This document shows positions 27,483 through 41,218 of a DNA stretch of 64,000 bases, piece after piece. The notes under the pieces were generated by a model. It was not told where the DNA came from and did no database searches. It was given only the letters and a program-made list of their open reading frames with translations. The DNA comes from Octopus sinensis (taxonomy: Eukaryota). Position 1 is the first letter of the stretch, and each line of letters starts with the position of its first letter. The DNA lies in assembly GCF_006345805.1 (NCBI RefSeq), contig NC_042999.1, positions 36,828,001-36,892,000 of the forward strand, read 5' to 3'. A program made the translations under genes and the position numbers.

Positions 27483-28082
27483 GTTATTATGGCTGCCCCC
27501 TCGTTATCGAGTATGGCCATTGCACGAAGCTTAACTGTTACTTGTGCTGGGATCGAATGTGACTTTTTAGCCCAGCTTAAGATCTACAATGTCTTGTACA
27601 AAGTTGGCAACTAAAACCTTTGCTGGTAATAGCCGGCTGTAGTTGTAACTGGGATTCATGTACCTTTGCATGTCGTTTAAGTCCTCCTGCCGAATTACAC
27701 TCTCTTCCACATGCCCGACAGATATGATTAGTATGGTGTGTTACACCACCATTTTATGACTACAAAGATGACTCATGAGTCCAGCTTTACTGAGGCAGGG
27801 TCTTGCACAGACATTGCATGTCAGAATCAAAGGAAGACCCTTCCCTTCTGGAAGTGTAACAGCGATGCCTTTCCTGACATCCTTCCTTACTTTCTCATGT
27901 GCAACTCGAGATTTCTCAAACGTGGTTGTCCCCTCATGCACAATCCTTCTCCACCTGCTACAATCAATAGCTATGCCTTCCCATGTGTCAGGAGAGATGC
28001 AAGCATCTCTTAAGGAAGCTTTCAGCAAGTCCTTATACCTCTTTTTTGGTTTATGTGGAGGTCATTCTCCTTTAGCTAACTC
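27483..28082 (-). mobile_element. 3' end of an RTE (BovB-like) LINE with three C2H2 fingers
   Basis: YGELAKGE*PPHKPKKRYKDLLKASL...TWEGIAIDCSRWR, then CNVCARPCLSKAGLMSHLCSH, CRACGRECNSAGGLKRHAKVH and CQLCTRHCRS*AGLKSHIRSQH. Confidence 0.85.
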
Positions 28083-29197
28083 TCCATAAAATACATACAT
28101 ACATACACACATACATACATGCATAAATGCATGCATACATACATGCATACATACTTCCATGCATGCATACATATATACATACATACATACATACATACAC
28201 ATGCATACAAACAGTACACACGCATATATATATATACATACATAGGCACACATATATACACATACATTTACACACACACACACACACATAATTACATACA
28301 TAACGACAGAAAACTGCTTCAAAGTCTCCAGTTCTTATATCTAGATTGTAATTCACATTTATGCCATTATTTAGCGTACTTGGTTTCGTGAGTTGATGCC
28401 AAAGTGACGATTTTGATAAACAGGGGTTTTCAGAAAAAGAAACCAACCACATTTGTACATCATAAAAACAATCTATAAGTGGATCTGTAAAAATATGCAA
28501 GGGTTGTTCTTGAGTTTAAAAAGTGAATTTGTTACTGTTTTCAACATTCTAACAATTGTACATTCGTATCTCAGTTAGAAACCAGCTCCTTCCTCAGAGG
28601 AAAATTTCAAATGATTAAAAGCAGAAGAGGACATGCATACATACATACACACACACACACACATATACACATGCATATACAAACATACATGCTTACACAC
28701 ATACATATACAAACACATTCATACATACATACACACTTACATATACAAACATACATACATGCATACACATACATATACAAACATACACTCATACACAAAA
28801 ATACGTACTGATACACATGTATACCCACACAAACATACGTTCATACATAAACCTACATACACATACATATTCACAATCATACACACATACGAACATACAC
28901 ACATGCATACACACAAAAATCATACATTCATATATGCTTGTGTACACATACAGAGAGACAGAAGCAATTACTTGAAATATATAATCAGTAGAATTGCATT
29001 GAATATAAGGAAATCTTTAATAGGATTTGCTAAGGCAACAGAATCGCACAAGCAATACAATTAAGAATTTGACTTGCAGCAAAAGAATCCGTCTATTATA
29101 GGGACATAAAAATCATACAATCTAGTCTTTTGCCATTAATACGTAACAAACTGACTTAGTTTTACTATACTGATGTTCGGCAATAAAGCCAGCTTTT

Positions 29198-29760
29198 GAT
29201 AGTGGGGGTCTGCTTCACATCTTCAACCTCACTTCCATACTACCTGGACTGGTGTCTAGTCAGAGTAAAGTAATTCTACTAAGGTACAAAGCCAGAAACT
29301 TTTGGGGGAAAGGGACTAATCGATTACTGCGGCACCAGTGCTCAACTGGTAGGTACTTATTCTGTCGATTCTGAAAGGATAAAAAGGATGAAAGGCAAAG
29401 TCGACCTCGGTGGAATTTGAAACCGGAATGTAATGAGTCATAAGAAATGTTGCTTTGCATTTTGTCCAACAAACTAACGATAGTGGGTCTGCTTCACATC
29501 TTCAACCTCACTTCCATACTACCTGGACTGGTGTCTAGTCAGAGTAAAATAATTCTACTAAGGTACAAAGCCAGAAACTTTAGGGGGAAAGGGACTAATT
29601 GATTATTGTGGCACCAGTGCTCAACTGGTAGGTACTTATTCTGTCGATTCTGAAAGGATAAAAAGGATGAAAGGCAAAGTCGACATCGGTGGAATTTGAA
29701 ACCGGAATGTAATGAGTCATAAGAAATGTTGCTTTGCATTTTGTCCAACAAACTAACGAT
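29198..29760. repeat. Direct tandem duplication, 279-bp period, near-identical units containing a minus-strand SINE C
   Basis: The ORF track shows twin ORFs 29260-29472 and 29539-29751. Units start gatagtggg at about 29198 and 29478. Confidence 0.9.
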
Positions 29761-29829
29761 TCTGCGAACTCACTTGTATTAATTAGAATAAAATAACAGT
29801 GAAAGCTGCAATCGCAGAACAAAACACAT

Positions 29830-30201
29830 AAGTTAATTTTCCTTGCCGGTGTTTGTTGAGCACCGGTTTACTTATTTTGATTTCTTTCATTCTTTCCCTA
29901 ACTTCTCCGTGGTCGACAGAGGGTCGCATATACAATAATGTCTCTCTCTCTACATGACCTCCCGCCCCTTTTATGACGTCTCCTTCGATCTCTCTCTCTC
30001 TCTTTGTTTGATGTTTATCTCTATCCTCTCTTTTTCCTGATCATCCTCTTTTTATTATCCTTCTTTCACTTTACAACAACTTCTGAGAAACCTCTCGCTC
30101 TTACTCCCTAACTCTTTCAATAACATATCAATTATCTCTCTTCTGATTTTTTTCTCCTCTTTCTTTCTAGTTTTACATATACCTCTCCTATCTATTTCAC
30201 C

Positions 30202-30232
<31 letters not shown>

Positions 30233-30380
30233 ACTCACTCTCTCTCTCTCTCTCTCTTTGTGACACATTCACTATACACATTCGCCTTCAGTGCTCGTGA
30301 TATATATACAAAACAGCCGTCCAGCGCTGCTGATAGTTATATTATGTCAGATCGGTTCTTCGTCGATCTTTCCAAACGAT
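29830..30380 (+). promoter_or_regulatory. Probable promoter / 5' UTR region of the SLC12A9-like gene
   Basis: TE-free and CpG-retaining relative to flanks. GC box CCCGCCCC at 29961, CRE-like TGACGTC at 29974, long CT-rich tract, and a possible acceptor ttcag at 30287-30291. The TSS cannot be placed. Confidence 0.45.
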
Positions 30381-30729
30381 ATGGCAGAAAGCGACAACAC
30401 CAAAGCCACAGAATTCTCTGGTTATCCTTCTTCGGGTGAGCCGGAATCTGACAGCTTTAGAGATGACCACAGAATCGTATATTCAGAGAGCACACCTATT
30501 TTAAGGTCGCAGTGGGTCTGGAGACTACACCGATCACTGAGTAATGCCAGCCTGGAATATAGTAGCACGTACCCTCCATCATACGATTGCATCTCGAATC
30601 CATTGTCCCAACAAAGAAACCATGACCAACGACGGAATTCCTCATCTATGCGGACCTTGGGAACCTTTGCAGGAGTATTTTGTCCTGTATCCCTATCTAT
30701 GTTTAGTACCTTCCTATTTCTACGAGCAG
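30381..30729 (+). CDS. SLC12A9: SLC12A9-like cation-chloride cotransporter, first coding exon (N-terminus and TM1)
   Basis: ATG at 30381 opens MAESDN...RTLGTFAGVFCPVSLSMFSTFLFLRAG, matching the SLC12A9 TM1 pattern (human RKLSTFLGVVVPTVLSMFSIVVFLRIG, from memory). Donor CAG|GTTGGT at 30729/30730 is phase 1 and joins in frame to 61671. Confidence 0.9.
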
Positions 30730-31608
30730 GTTGGTATTTATTAATCTTTCCTACTCTTATCATTGTTGTTTGTGATAATTGCTATTTTAAATATATTAAT
30801 TTCAATAAGATCGGTAATGTTTTAGAAAAAGCACGATCGTTAGAGTTATTTATTTTCCCTATCAACGGAAATTAATCTTAGGACTTGTGACTAATGATTT
30901 GTCATCGATTCTGACTCAGTACTGGAGGGAGATATTCCAATACCTAGCAACAGTCCTCAATTGTTATTATAAATGAACGTAATATTAAATGAACGTAATA
31001 TATTTTGGTCGTTTTAAGTTGTAAAATCCCTTTTTTTTTTGTAAATATTGGAGTCATTTGCTTGATCAAAAGAAATCGGCATTCTCTCAGAATGCCAAGA
31101 AATCATTGTTGAAAGCTAGGAATTTTCGGGCGAAGTTACTAACCGTCCAAATTCACTTCCTCGTCACCTCAAAACTGAGTTGGTTCTTACTTTTCAATCC
31201 AAACATGTATATAAAATAAGTACCAGCGATGCTATCATTTGATTTGATCAACACTGCTTTGACAAAATTGCTCTTGTCCGCACTCAAAATAAAGCAGCTT
31301 TATCGTCCTCATCTCTCTATATATAAAATCATTCTTATACGATCTGAAACAAAATCACAACACACCACGTATTGATCATACAAACACACTGTTTATATTT
31401 TGAACGATCGCACACACCCACTTTTCATTTTCATAACATTACCCACAACAGATATTATACAACTAAATGAAATAAGTATTTTATTCGAATCACTTCAAAA
31501 CAAACGAGCCTTTGGAAAAGAAAACAATTTATTTCACATTCTTTCATTTTTACTTTATACTATTTCCTTTGTTATTACGTCATCACTTAAAGCGGTGTGT
31601 GTGTGAGT

Positions 31609-31645
<37 letters not shown>

Positions 31646-31749
31646 CATACATATATGTGTGTGGGTGTGTCCAGTGCACGTTTATAAGCGTACATTTATA
31701 TAGTTATATTCGGTCGAAATTTACACCCATGCGCGCACACGCACACACG

Positions 31750-31815
<66 letters not shown>

Positions 31816-31906
31816 TATATATATATATATGATTGTATGTATGTGTATGTGTGGCTGGCTGGATGTGTTTTATGCATATAAGTCTGTAAATATGCATATA
31901 TATATA

Positions 31907-31956
<50 letters not shown>

Positions 31957-33044
31957 GTCGACCATGCTATAACGACATATTTGTTTGGACGTGTTTACAT
32001 TCTAAACGTACGCCCATACAATAATTTCTATTTTATAAACAATAGTCTCTATCAGCACATATAGTCATTACTATGTATACAGATATACATATATGCACTC
32101 ACACACATACACACACGCACGCACAATTCTGCGTACGAATGCCCCCCCCCCCCCCGGTCAGGCCATATAGCCAAATATGACAGCGATTTTGATGATAACA
32201 TTATAAACTACAGGTCTGGACAACCTTCAAAGCTATAATTCCAACTCTGTCCACTATACTGGTCTATTGTATAAGCTATTTGCGTTTTATTATCTGCAGG
32301 TATGCTACTGTAGTATCTTACCTAGTGTGGCCTCTCCATCCAGGCTCACTTTATGCATCAGCACACACACCTGCCCGTATCACCTCCCTTAGCTCAATTG
32401 CATTTTCTTTTCGTTACATTCATTTCAAAGATAATAATGTATTTTTTCTAAACTATAGTATAATTTTTTTTCTCCCCCCTATAGCATAGTATTTTTCTGT
32501 ATATTCAAGTCGACTGATAATCTTGCAGGCTCTCGAAAGCGAGATTAATTTTTTTAGGTTTCTTGTTTACGCACACCGAATGCTCAATAATAAAGTTACA
32601 ATAGCGTATTCTAATTTGCATGCGCTTATGTATACACAAAATATAGCAGCAAATACGAATATGAATATATATGCGTGTGCGTGTGTGTGTGTAATGTATG
32701 TGTATGTGTATATATATATATATATTTCTTTACTGCCCACAAGGGGCTATATATAGAGAGAGACAGTTTACGAAAAACAAAAGACGAAGACAGGTGGTGT
32801 ACAAAACAAACAGATGTATTAGTATAACGCTCAGGAATAGAATATATATATATATATAAGTATGTATATATATGTATGTATGTATATATATATATGTATA
32901 TATATATGTATGTATGTATGTATATATATATGTATGTATGTATGTATGTATATATATATGTATGTATGTATATATATATGTATGTATGTATATATCTATC
33001 TATCTATCTATATATATATATATATGTGTGTGTGTATATACATA

Positions 33045-33081
<37 letters not shown>

Positions 33082-33342
33082 TCCTGTATGTTATATTTTA
33101 ATGATTACTGGTATCTTTATATATTAATATATTTTATATGTAAAGCATAATATGTTATACATGTATGTATATTCTTGTAATTGTCATTTTAGTAAATGAA
33201 TAAATAAGTTGACAATATAATGTCTAAAAGTTGATGAACCACCTATTGATCCCCTCTATTTTCTTATTGCTATCTCTCTCTCTATATATATATATATATG
33301 TCTATATATATATATATGTCTATATATATATATATGTCTATA

Positions 33343-33405
<63 letters not shown>

Positions 33406-33408
<3 letters not shown>

Positions 33409-33780
33409 GAGGCGCAATGGCCCAGTGGTTAGGGCAGCAGACTCGTGGTCATAGGATCGCGGTTTCGATTCCCAGACCAGGCGTTGTGAGTGTTTATTGA
33501 GCGAAAACACCTAAAGCTCCACGAGGCTCCGGCAGGGGATGATGGTGATCCCTGCTGTACTCTTTCACCACAACTTTCTCTCACTCTTACTTCCTGTTTC
33601 TGTTGTACTTGTATTTCAAAGGGCCGGCCTTGTCACTCTCTGTGTCACGCTGAATATCCCCGAGAGTAAGGGTACACGTGTCTGTGGAGTGCTCAGCCAC
33701 TTACACGTTAATTTCACGAGCAGGCTGTTCCGTTGATTCGGATCAACCGGAACCCTCATCATCGTAACCGACGGAGTGCT
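33406..33780 (+). mobile_element. SINE family D (GGAGGCGCAATGGCCCAGTGG head); second copy at 35141-35374 with a different tail
   Basis: A box TGGCCCAGTGG and B box GGTTTCGATTCCC. The 3' half from 33611 is shared with family B. Confidence 0.88.
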
Positions 33781-35385
33781 TCCCAAATATATATATATGT
33801 CTATATATAAATGCATGCATATATATGTGTGTGCACTTGTGTGTGTACATCTATGAATGTATGGGTATGCATTGAGAGGAAAATTGTGCGTAAGAAGAAT
33901 CAGATTTATTATGCAAGACAGAAGACTTCTGTGGTGTAATCACGTGGTGATGCATATAGATGAGAATATCTGTATAAAAAAAGTACTGATTGCTAAATAT
34001 GGATGGAACTTGTGGAAAGGGAAACCCATGAAGACATGGTATGAAGTAGTAAGAGCTGATCTCCAAATGCTGAGCCTCAGAGAGGAGATGAGAAAGTACC
34101 AACATGATTAGCAATTTGCTGTTCTTTGAGAGTAGCTATCAGTCATGACAGAAATTAGTTCCTACAAGAATAATGTTTATTATGTTTCTGTCTATACACT
34201 TACTGGACTCTGCCCCTGCACTCACTCTAACCCTGTCAAGCTTTCCCCATTTACCATCTTCTTAACACCCATGCCTCCATTACTCACACATACACACACT
34301 CACACACATACACAAGACTTCCAGAACTGAGTTTTGCCAAGTTGGAAAAGTCTGCTCAAGAATCAAATTGCATTTTACCACTCCTCTGACATCTGCTCCA
34401 TGAGGTTCAAAGTCTTGAAGTCAGACTCCACCACTTCGTCCCATATCTTCCTGAGTCTCCTTCTTTTTCTGCGAGCACCATCCACATTAAGCAATCAGCA
34501 CTTCTTTATACAACTCCTCTTATCCATATGCATTACGTGTCCATACCAGCACAGTTTTCTTTCTTGCACACTATTTCTTATGCCCAGTTTTGCTCTCAGC
34601 CCATTTGTACTATGACATTCATGTACACTAACATTACAAATCCAATGGAGTATGCTTCTTTCATTCCTTTCCTGTCTTCTAAAATCCTCTGTATTCAAAG
34701 ACCATGTTTCTCTATATAGCATTCCAGTTTGTATGCAGTTACCAATAGAGATAATAAACTCCTGAATATCCCCCATTTTGCTCTTACACTGGCTAATACA
34801 CTTTGACAAAATCTTCCCACATTACTAATTTCATTACCGAGATAACAGAAGCTATCTTCTACCTCTAGAGATCCTCCTGAGCAACTATTTGTCACGCACT
34901 CTTAGAGATACAAATTCTACTGTTTCTGTTAACCTGCCTATGATTCCACTCCTTGTATAGACAGACAGACAGATATCTGACAAGCTTCTTTCAGTTTCTG
35001 TCTACCAAATCCACTTGAGGCTTTGGTAGAAGACACTTGACCAAGGCAACACACAGTGAAACTAAACCAAGAACCATGTGGTTGAGAAGCAAACTTCTTA
35101 CCACACAGCCATGCTTGTACCTATATACATATATGTGTGTGTGGAGGCGCAATGGCCCAGTGGTTAGGGCAGCGGTCTTGCCATCGTAGGATCGCGGTTT
35201 CGATTCCCAGACCTGTTGTTGTGAGTGTTTATTGAGCGAAAACACCTAAAGCTCCACGAGGCTCCAGCAGGGGGTGGTGGTGACCTCTGCTGTACTCTTT
35301 CGCCACAACTTTCTCTCACTCTTTCTTATGTTGGCCTGCTCGCTTAGCCAACGGGGTAACGTCATTTGTTAGCTGTATATATATA

Positions 35386-35551
35386 TATTGTTTAATGAAC
35401 ACAGTATATATTTTTATGAGCAACTAATAGTTTCATAGAATGCAATTTTCAGACATGGATGCACCAGACACGTTATAAAATGCTGTCTTGTTTTCATTGT
35501 ATGAAACTCTTAGTAGTTCATAAAAGCATATACTGTGTTCATTAAACAATA
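35386..35551. mobile_element. Small TA-flanked MITE with about 57-bp inverted arms
   Basis: TATTGTTTAATGAACACAGTATAT... and its reverse complement ...ATATACTGTGTTCATTAAACAATA, with a spacer of about 50 bp. Confidence 0.8.
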
Positions 35552-38500
35552 TTTATCTCACACCAGATGTAGTACTTTTTTTTTGTTGATCTTACCTTCA
35601 CGAAACAGTATACTATATATTAGCATCACCATTTTATTCTCACTTTCCATACTAGGGTTGGTTGGACAATTCAACAAGATCCAGTGAGTTGGTAGATGAT
35701 ATTTTGCTTCAGTGTCTCAGGTTTCACATGGTTTTCATAGCTAAAATGCCCCTCCATACCACAAATCATTTTACAGAGTGTGCAGGGTGCCTTTTTCATA
35801 GCACCATGATCGGTGAGGTTGCTTTGTTACTTGCAAGACTGAAAAACTACTACATCAAAGAAGGAAACTAGGAAGGAGTGTGGTGGCTTTAGACAAGGTT
35901 TTGGAAACATTTTAAAGAATGATAAGAGTAACAAGTTTATTGTTAGCAAAAATTATTCCATTTTAACTTGGTACATTTTTTAAAATAAAATTTTATATCA
36001 CATTTTGTGAAGGATGACATCATTGGTTACAATTATCTAATGGACCAATAACTTTTTCACTGTTTCCAAGAATGAGAGTGAAAAGGGAGTACCTATAACT
36101 CAATGCAATATCACAAGTGACTCTAGATTTTTCTCTTTCCTGAACAATGTTAACATCTTTTGCCAATTTGCATTGACAGATGATACTTTCATGCAAGTGT
36201 GTGTGTATGTGTGTATTTTGTCTTTGATAGAGGGATGGTTAGCATACTCTGCCTATTGCTCAGGAGATCTGGATTCAGTTCCTCACCAGGGAGGTCCAGC
36301 ATTTCCTTTTGCAGGAAAGTTTAATGATAGCGCAGGAGTGGCTGTGTGGTAAGTAGCTTGCCTACCAACCACATTGTTCCGGGTTCAGTCCCACTGCGTG
36401 GCACCTTGGGCAAGTGTCTTCTACTATAGCCTCGGGCTGACCAAAGCCTTGTGAGTGGATTTGGTAGATGGAAACTGAAGGAAGCCTGTCATATATACAT
36501 ATATATATATGTGTGTGTGTTTGTGTGTGTATGCTTGTGTGTCTATGTTTGTTCCCCCAACATCGCTTGACAACTGATGCTGATGTGTTTGCATCCCCGT
36601 CACTTAGCGATTCAGCAAGAGAGACCGATAGAATAAGCACTAGGCTTACAAAGAATAAATCCTAGGGTCGATTTGCTCGACTAAAGGCAGTGCTCCAGCA
36701 TGGCCACAGTCAAATGGCTGAGACAAATAAAAGAATAAAAGAAAAGAAAGAATGGTGGCTTCTGTTAGGACCCTAAGAAGGAAATGCCTAAGGACTCTAC
36801 CCCAACAGCTCTCCCAGGAATAGTGACCAGAAAAGATGGAGGGGTGAATGGATACATTGCCAGGCATGTCTATACGGTTAATAAATTTACTTCAGAACCA
36901 CATGGTTTGGGGGTTAATTCTTCTGTTTGGATGCTCTTAAATGGTGTCCTCCACTATAGCCACAGATTGTATTTATGTATGTGTGTGTTTGAATTTGTTC
37001 ATATTCCCCCTCATCATTACATATGTAAGTGTGCTGATCATAAATAAAAGACTCACTCTTAATACAGATGGCATTATTTGTTTGCAGTCCACTGCAAAAG
37101 TACGTTTGAGTTTCTTGATATGTTGCACACTGATTATGTGTCAGCATGCAAATGGTATTGTTTGTTTTGCAGTCCTTTGTGAAAGCATGAGTGGGGTATT
37201 CATTATTTGAAACACTGGGGGATTATCAGCTTGTTTGGGAATGGATGAACGTCAGTGTGAGGAAGGGTGTGTGGCTGTAGAAAACTCCACTTCAGTGTAG
37301 TTTTAACTGATCCATGCAAACATAGAAAAGTTGGTAATAAAATAAACACAATGATGACATCTCTCTATATATATGTATGTATGTATGTACGTATGTATGT
37401 ATGTATGTATGTATGTATGTATGTATGTATGTATGTATGTATATATGTGTGTGTGTGTGTGTGTAATGGCGTGAGGGCGCGTGGCTTAGTGGTTAGGGCA
37501 TTCGGCTCATGATCGTAAGGTTGTGAGTTCGATTCCCGGCGATGCGTTGTGTCCTTGAGCAAGACACTTTATTTCACGTTGCTCCAGTCCACTCAGCTGG
37601 CAAAAATGAGTTGTACTTGTATTTCAAAGGGTCAGCCTTGTCACTCTTTGTGTCACACTGATTATCCCCGAGAACTACGTTAAGGGTACACGTGTCTGTG
37701 GAATGCTCAGCCATTTGCACGTTAATTTCACAAGCAAGCTGTTCCATTGATCGTATCAGCTGGGACCCTCGTCGTCGTAACTGGCGGAGTCTTTTAGTGT
37801 AATGGTAGTCTCTCAGTAGTCCAAGAAAGATGGTTCTGCAATTTCTTCCTGAACAACTTGCACAAATGGTTTGTGTAGATCATTCTCTCCATCACATTGA
37901 CATTGCCTGAACAGGTGCATGGGGTACCACGCATCAGGTTTCAAAGTGATTGCAGAGCAATGTGAGGTGAAGTATTTTGCTCAAGAACACAATGCACCAT
38001 GCATTGCCAGGAATTGAAATCACAATCTCGCAATCATGAGTGCAACACCCTAACTATTAAGCCATGTGCCTTCATAAACACACACACACACATATATATA
38101 TACAGCAATAAGAAAATGGAGGGAATCAACAGGTGGTTCATCAACTTTTAGACATTATATTATGTTACGTTAACTTATTTATTTATTTACTAAACTGACA
38201 ATTACAATAATATACATACATGTATAGCATATTATGTTTTACATATAAGATATAAAATATATTAATATATAAGGATACCAGTAATTATTACAAAATAACA
38301 TACATGAATATAAATTGGGAAAATAACTTACAGCTGTTTCAGCCAAGAGGTAAAAATACCTCATTGTACCTTTATTACTCAAGTAGACTGAAGTAATAGG
38401 TAGATGAAATTGAGGTACTTATATATATATATATATATATATAAAACCTATGTAGTAGATGTATAAACAGAAAATTTAACTATTTCTTCGTAGATTGAAA

Positions 38501-38739
38501 AAGTGACGAACAACCGTAATCAGTTTTCAAACTTTATTGGGTTCCCATGAAATATGTTTACATCCCTTGACTAATCTCAGAGAAGCAAGTAGCCAATCTG
38601 TTTATATACACAGCAAATCCAGTTACTTCAGAGACATAGAGCTACTAATTTGCATACTCTAAGTATTTAACACTGTAATGAGCTTTTGCACTTTCCATTG
38701 ACCTACCTAATTCCACACACAACTTTTAAGGCCTTCAGT

Positions 38740-39640
38740 TCATCCATCATCGTCGTTGACCGTTGACAGTGACCAAGTACATCACATGGAAGAAAGAAGA
38801 TTAGGCATAGTGTGTCCAGTTGTGGTAAATTAATCTGATGCATGCTTGGAAAGCTCTGCTGCAGGTCAGGTGCTGGTGGTCTGTTGGAACTGAAGATGAG
38901 AATTTGGCTCTGGACTTACACAGTTTGCAATTTCTTTGTGCTCTTGCAATCCTATTCTATTCGTAGAAGGTGGCACCTCTGTTGGTGCAGCTTCACCAGG
39001 CAGAGCAGTTTCCATTTCCCAGGTGTCAGGACTGATCTCAAAGTTTTTCAGTGAGGCTTCGAATGTATCCTCAAAGTGTTTTCTCTATCCATTTTGCATG
39101 TGCTTGCCTCCTGCCAGTTCACTGTAAAATAGTTTCTTGGGAAGTTGCGTGTCAGGCATTCATATAAGGTGACCTGCCCACCTGATTTGCGCTCTCCTCA
39201 GCAGTGTGTAAATGCTTGTCAGATCAGCACTTGAGAGAACTTCCATGTCTGGGACTTTGTCTTGATTTTCAGCAGCTTTCTCAAGCAGTTCAAGTGAAAG
39301 TGATTTAAGTTCTTGGCATGGTGTTTGTAAACCACCCCAGTCTTGCAGGCATAGAGTAGCATAAGCAGTACAACTGCTTAGTACACTTTCAACTTAGTGG
39401 CCACCTTAATTGCTCTCTTCTCCCACACTTATTCATGTAGCTGCCCGAATGCTAAGCTTCCTTTAGCGATGTATGTATCAACTTCATTGTCAATGTTCAC
39501 AGATCTGGAGAGTGTCTACTGAGGTATGTAATCTTAACAACCTATAGAGTTTTCCCTTCAACAGAAATAGTTGGTTCCACATATGACTTCTGCAGTTGTT
39601 GTTGTTAAGCAACAAGACGGGTAAGGGTGATTAGGTGATG
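38740..39640 (-). mobile_element. Degenerate RTE (BovB-like) LINE 3' portion
   Basis: The minus strand has QIRWAGHL-RMPDTQLPKKLFYSEL..G-like and KHFEDTFEASLKNF motifs. The 3' end has GACGATGATGGATG. Confidence 0.7.
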
Positions 39641-41218
39641 TTTTAGGGCTTAGGGGCAGGAGACCCCAGACCTTGGGAAAAAAAAAACTTTGGTCATCTT
39701 GTTGTAGTCAAGGGCTCTTCATTGACGCCTGACACCACTGGGAGGTGGCCCTCGAAGTCACTGGAAATGGAGATCTCCAGGTCCAAATTCTTGAACAGCT
39801 ATGACTTCTGCAGGACAGGTTGGTACCTGTCTTCTGGATACTGGTTGTGAAGCCAAAATTGTTGCAGACAGTAGAAAAGCAGTTCATGCTCTACTGCATC
39901 TGGGCTATTAAGGTATCAGTCAATTGAAGTTCTTATAGAAGATACTTGCTCAAGATGTTCACAGAGGAATTGAATTTGGAACCATATGGTTCTATATGAT
40001 CTTTGTGTGCCAGAACCAACTTACATAATTGTTTCAATCTTTCATACAACTCATTTTAAATGAGTTTTAGTGCTCCAATGTGATAACAGTCTGTTCTGCT
40101 CCTAGTCCCCATGTAATGAAGAAATCTGTTTCACAATGTTGGGTTTCATGTTCAATTCTATTGCACAGTGCCCGGAATTGGAATAAGACAGTTGGGTGTG
40201 GCCGTTTGGACATTGGTGATTTGACACAGCTGACTGGACATTCAGTCTGTTTTGATGACTACATTTTGGCACTAGAGGCAAACACATGCACATGCATGCA
40301 GAAATATGCACATACACAGATAGAAAGAGAGAGAGAGATTACACATACAAACATAACTTGATGCTCTCAGACATAAACAGGGAGAAAGAGGGGGAGAGAG
40401 AGAGATGGATGGAACAAGGGAAACTGCAAAACATTTGCTGTCAAATAAGTCAGCATCAAATCAGTAACACAAATAAGCAGTGCCGAAATGTCTTATTCCC
40501 ATGTGGGATGAGTATCTTCTACATTAGCCTGAGGACACAAAACCTGTGAGAGAAATTGAGCAGATGGAAACTGTGAAGAAGTTTGTTGGATGGATTGTAC
40601 TACTTGTTGTTGAGAGGTACACTTAGTATGTTACCCAATTTAGCATTACCACCTGGCACTTGGGTGCTTTTAGTGGAATCCACTTTTGGGAGTATTTAGT
40701 TTGATCAGGCGACAACACCTGAGTCATGGATTCTTCCTCTCTTTAGTCCTATAAATCTCAAAAATCTTAAACCATTAAAAAAGGATCATAGGCACTGCCC
40801 TTCTTCTTATGACTAAGCCATATCAACCCACCTGAGACATCCCCCCCCCACTGCCCTTTCTCTTTAGTACAGATGTCTTGTTTTTCAAAAGTTTTGAATT
40901 AAAATCTTCGACCAAAACTTAGTTTATGTTCTTGACACTAACCTAATGATCCTTTCTACTAAAGCAAAAGGCCTGAAATTTTGGGGGAGGGGACTAGTCA
41001 ATTGCATCAACCCCAGTGTTTCACTGGTACTAAATTTATCAACCCCGAAAGGATGAAAGGCAAAGTCAGCCTGGGCAGAATTTGAACTCAGAATGTAAAA
41101 ATGGACAAAATACTGCTAAGCATTTTGCCCAATGTGCTAATGATTCTACCAGCTCACCGCCTTACACTAACCTAATAACAACAAAGTTATTTTACTAAAT
41201 TCTTTGTTTTATTTAAAA

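Noticed and set aside
29815-29930. Possible divergent first exon (bidirectional promoter) on the minus strand
   Set aside because: Only a weak donor-like AAGTAAAC and a small hairpin are present. No downstream minus-strand host exons were recognisable in 1-29 kb.
30291-30380. Upstream extension of the exon-1 ORF (MLVIY...)
   Set aside because: The ORF-track start at 30291 is GTG, not ATG, and overlaps a possible splice acceptor. The first ATG in frame is at 30381.
30730-30875. ORF continuation WYLLIFPTLIIVV after FLRAG
   Set aside because: This is read-through into the intron. SLC12 homology resumes in frame at 61671.
33406-33480. tRNA-like sequences with A/B boxes (also 23410, 35141, 37476, 50485)
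   Set aside because: They continue into SINE bodies and tails and lack a complete cloverleaf with a terminator, so they are SINE heads and not tRNA genes.
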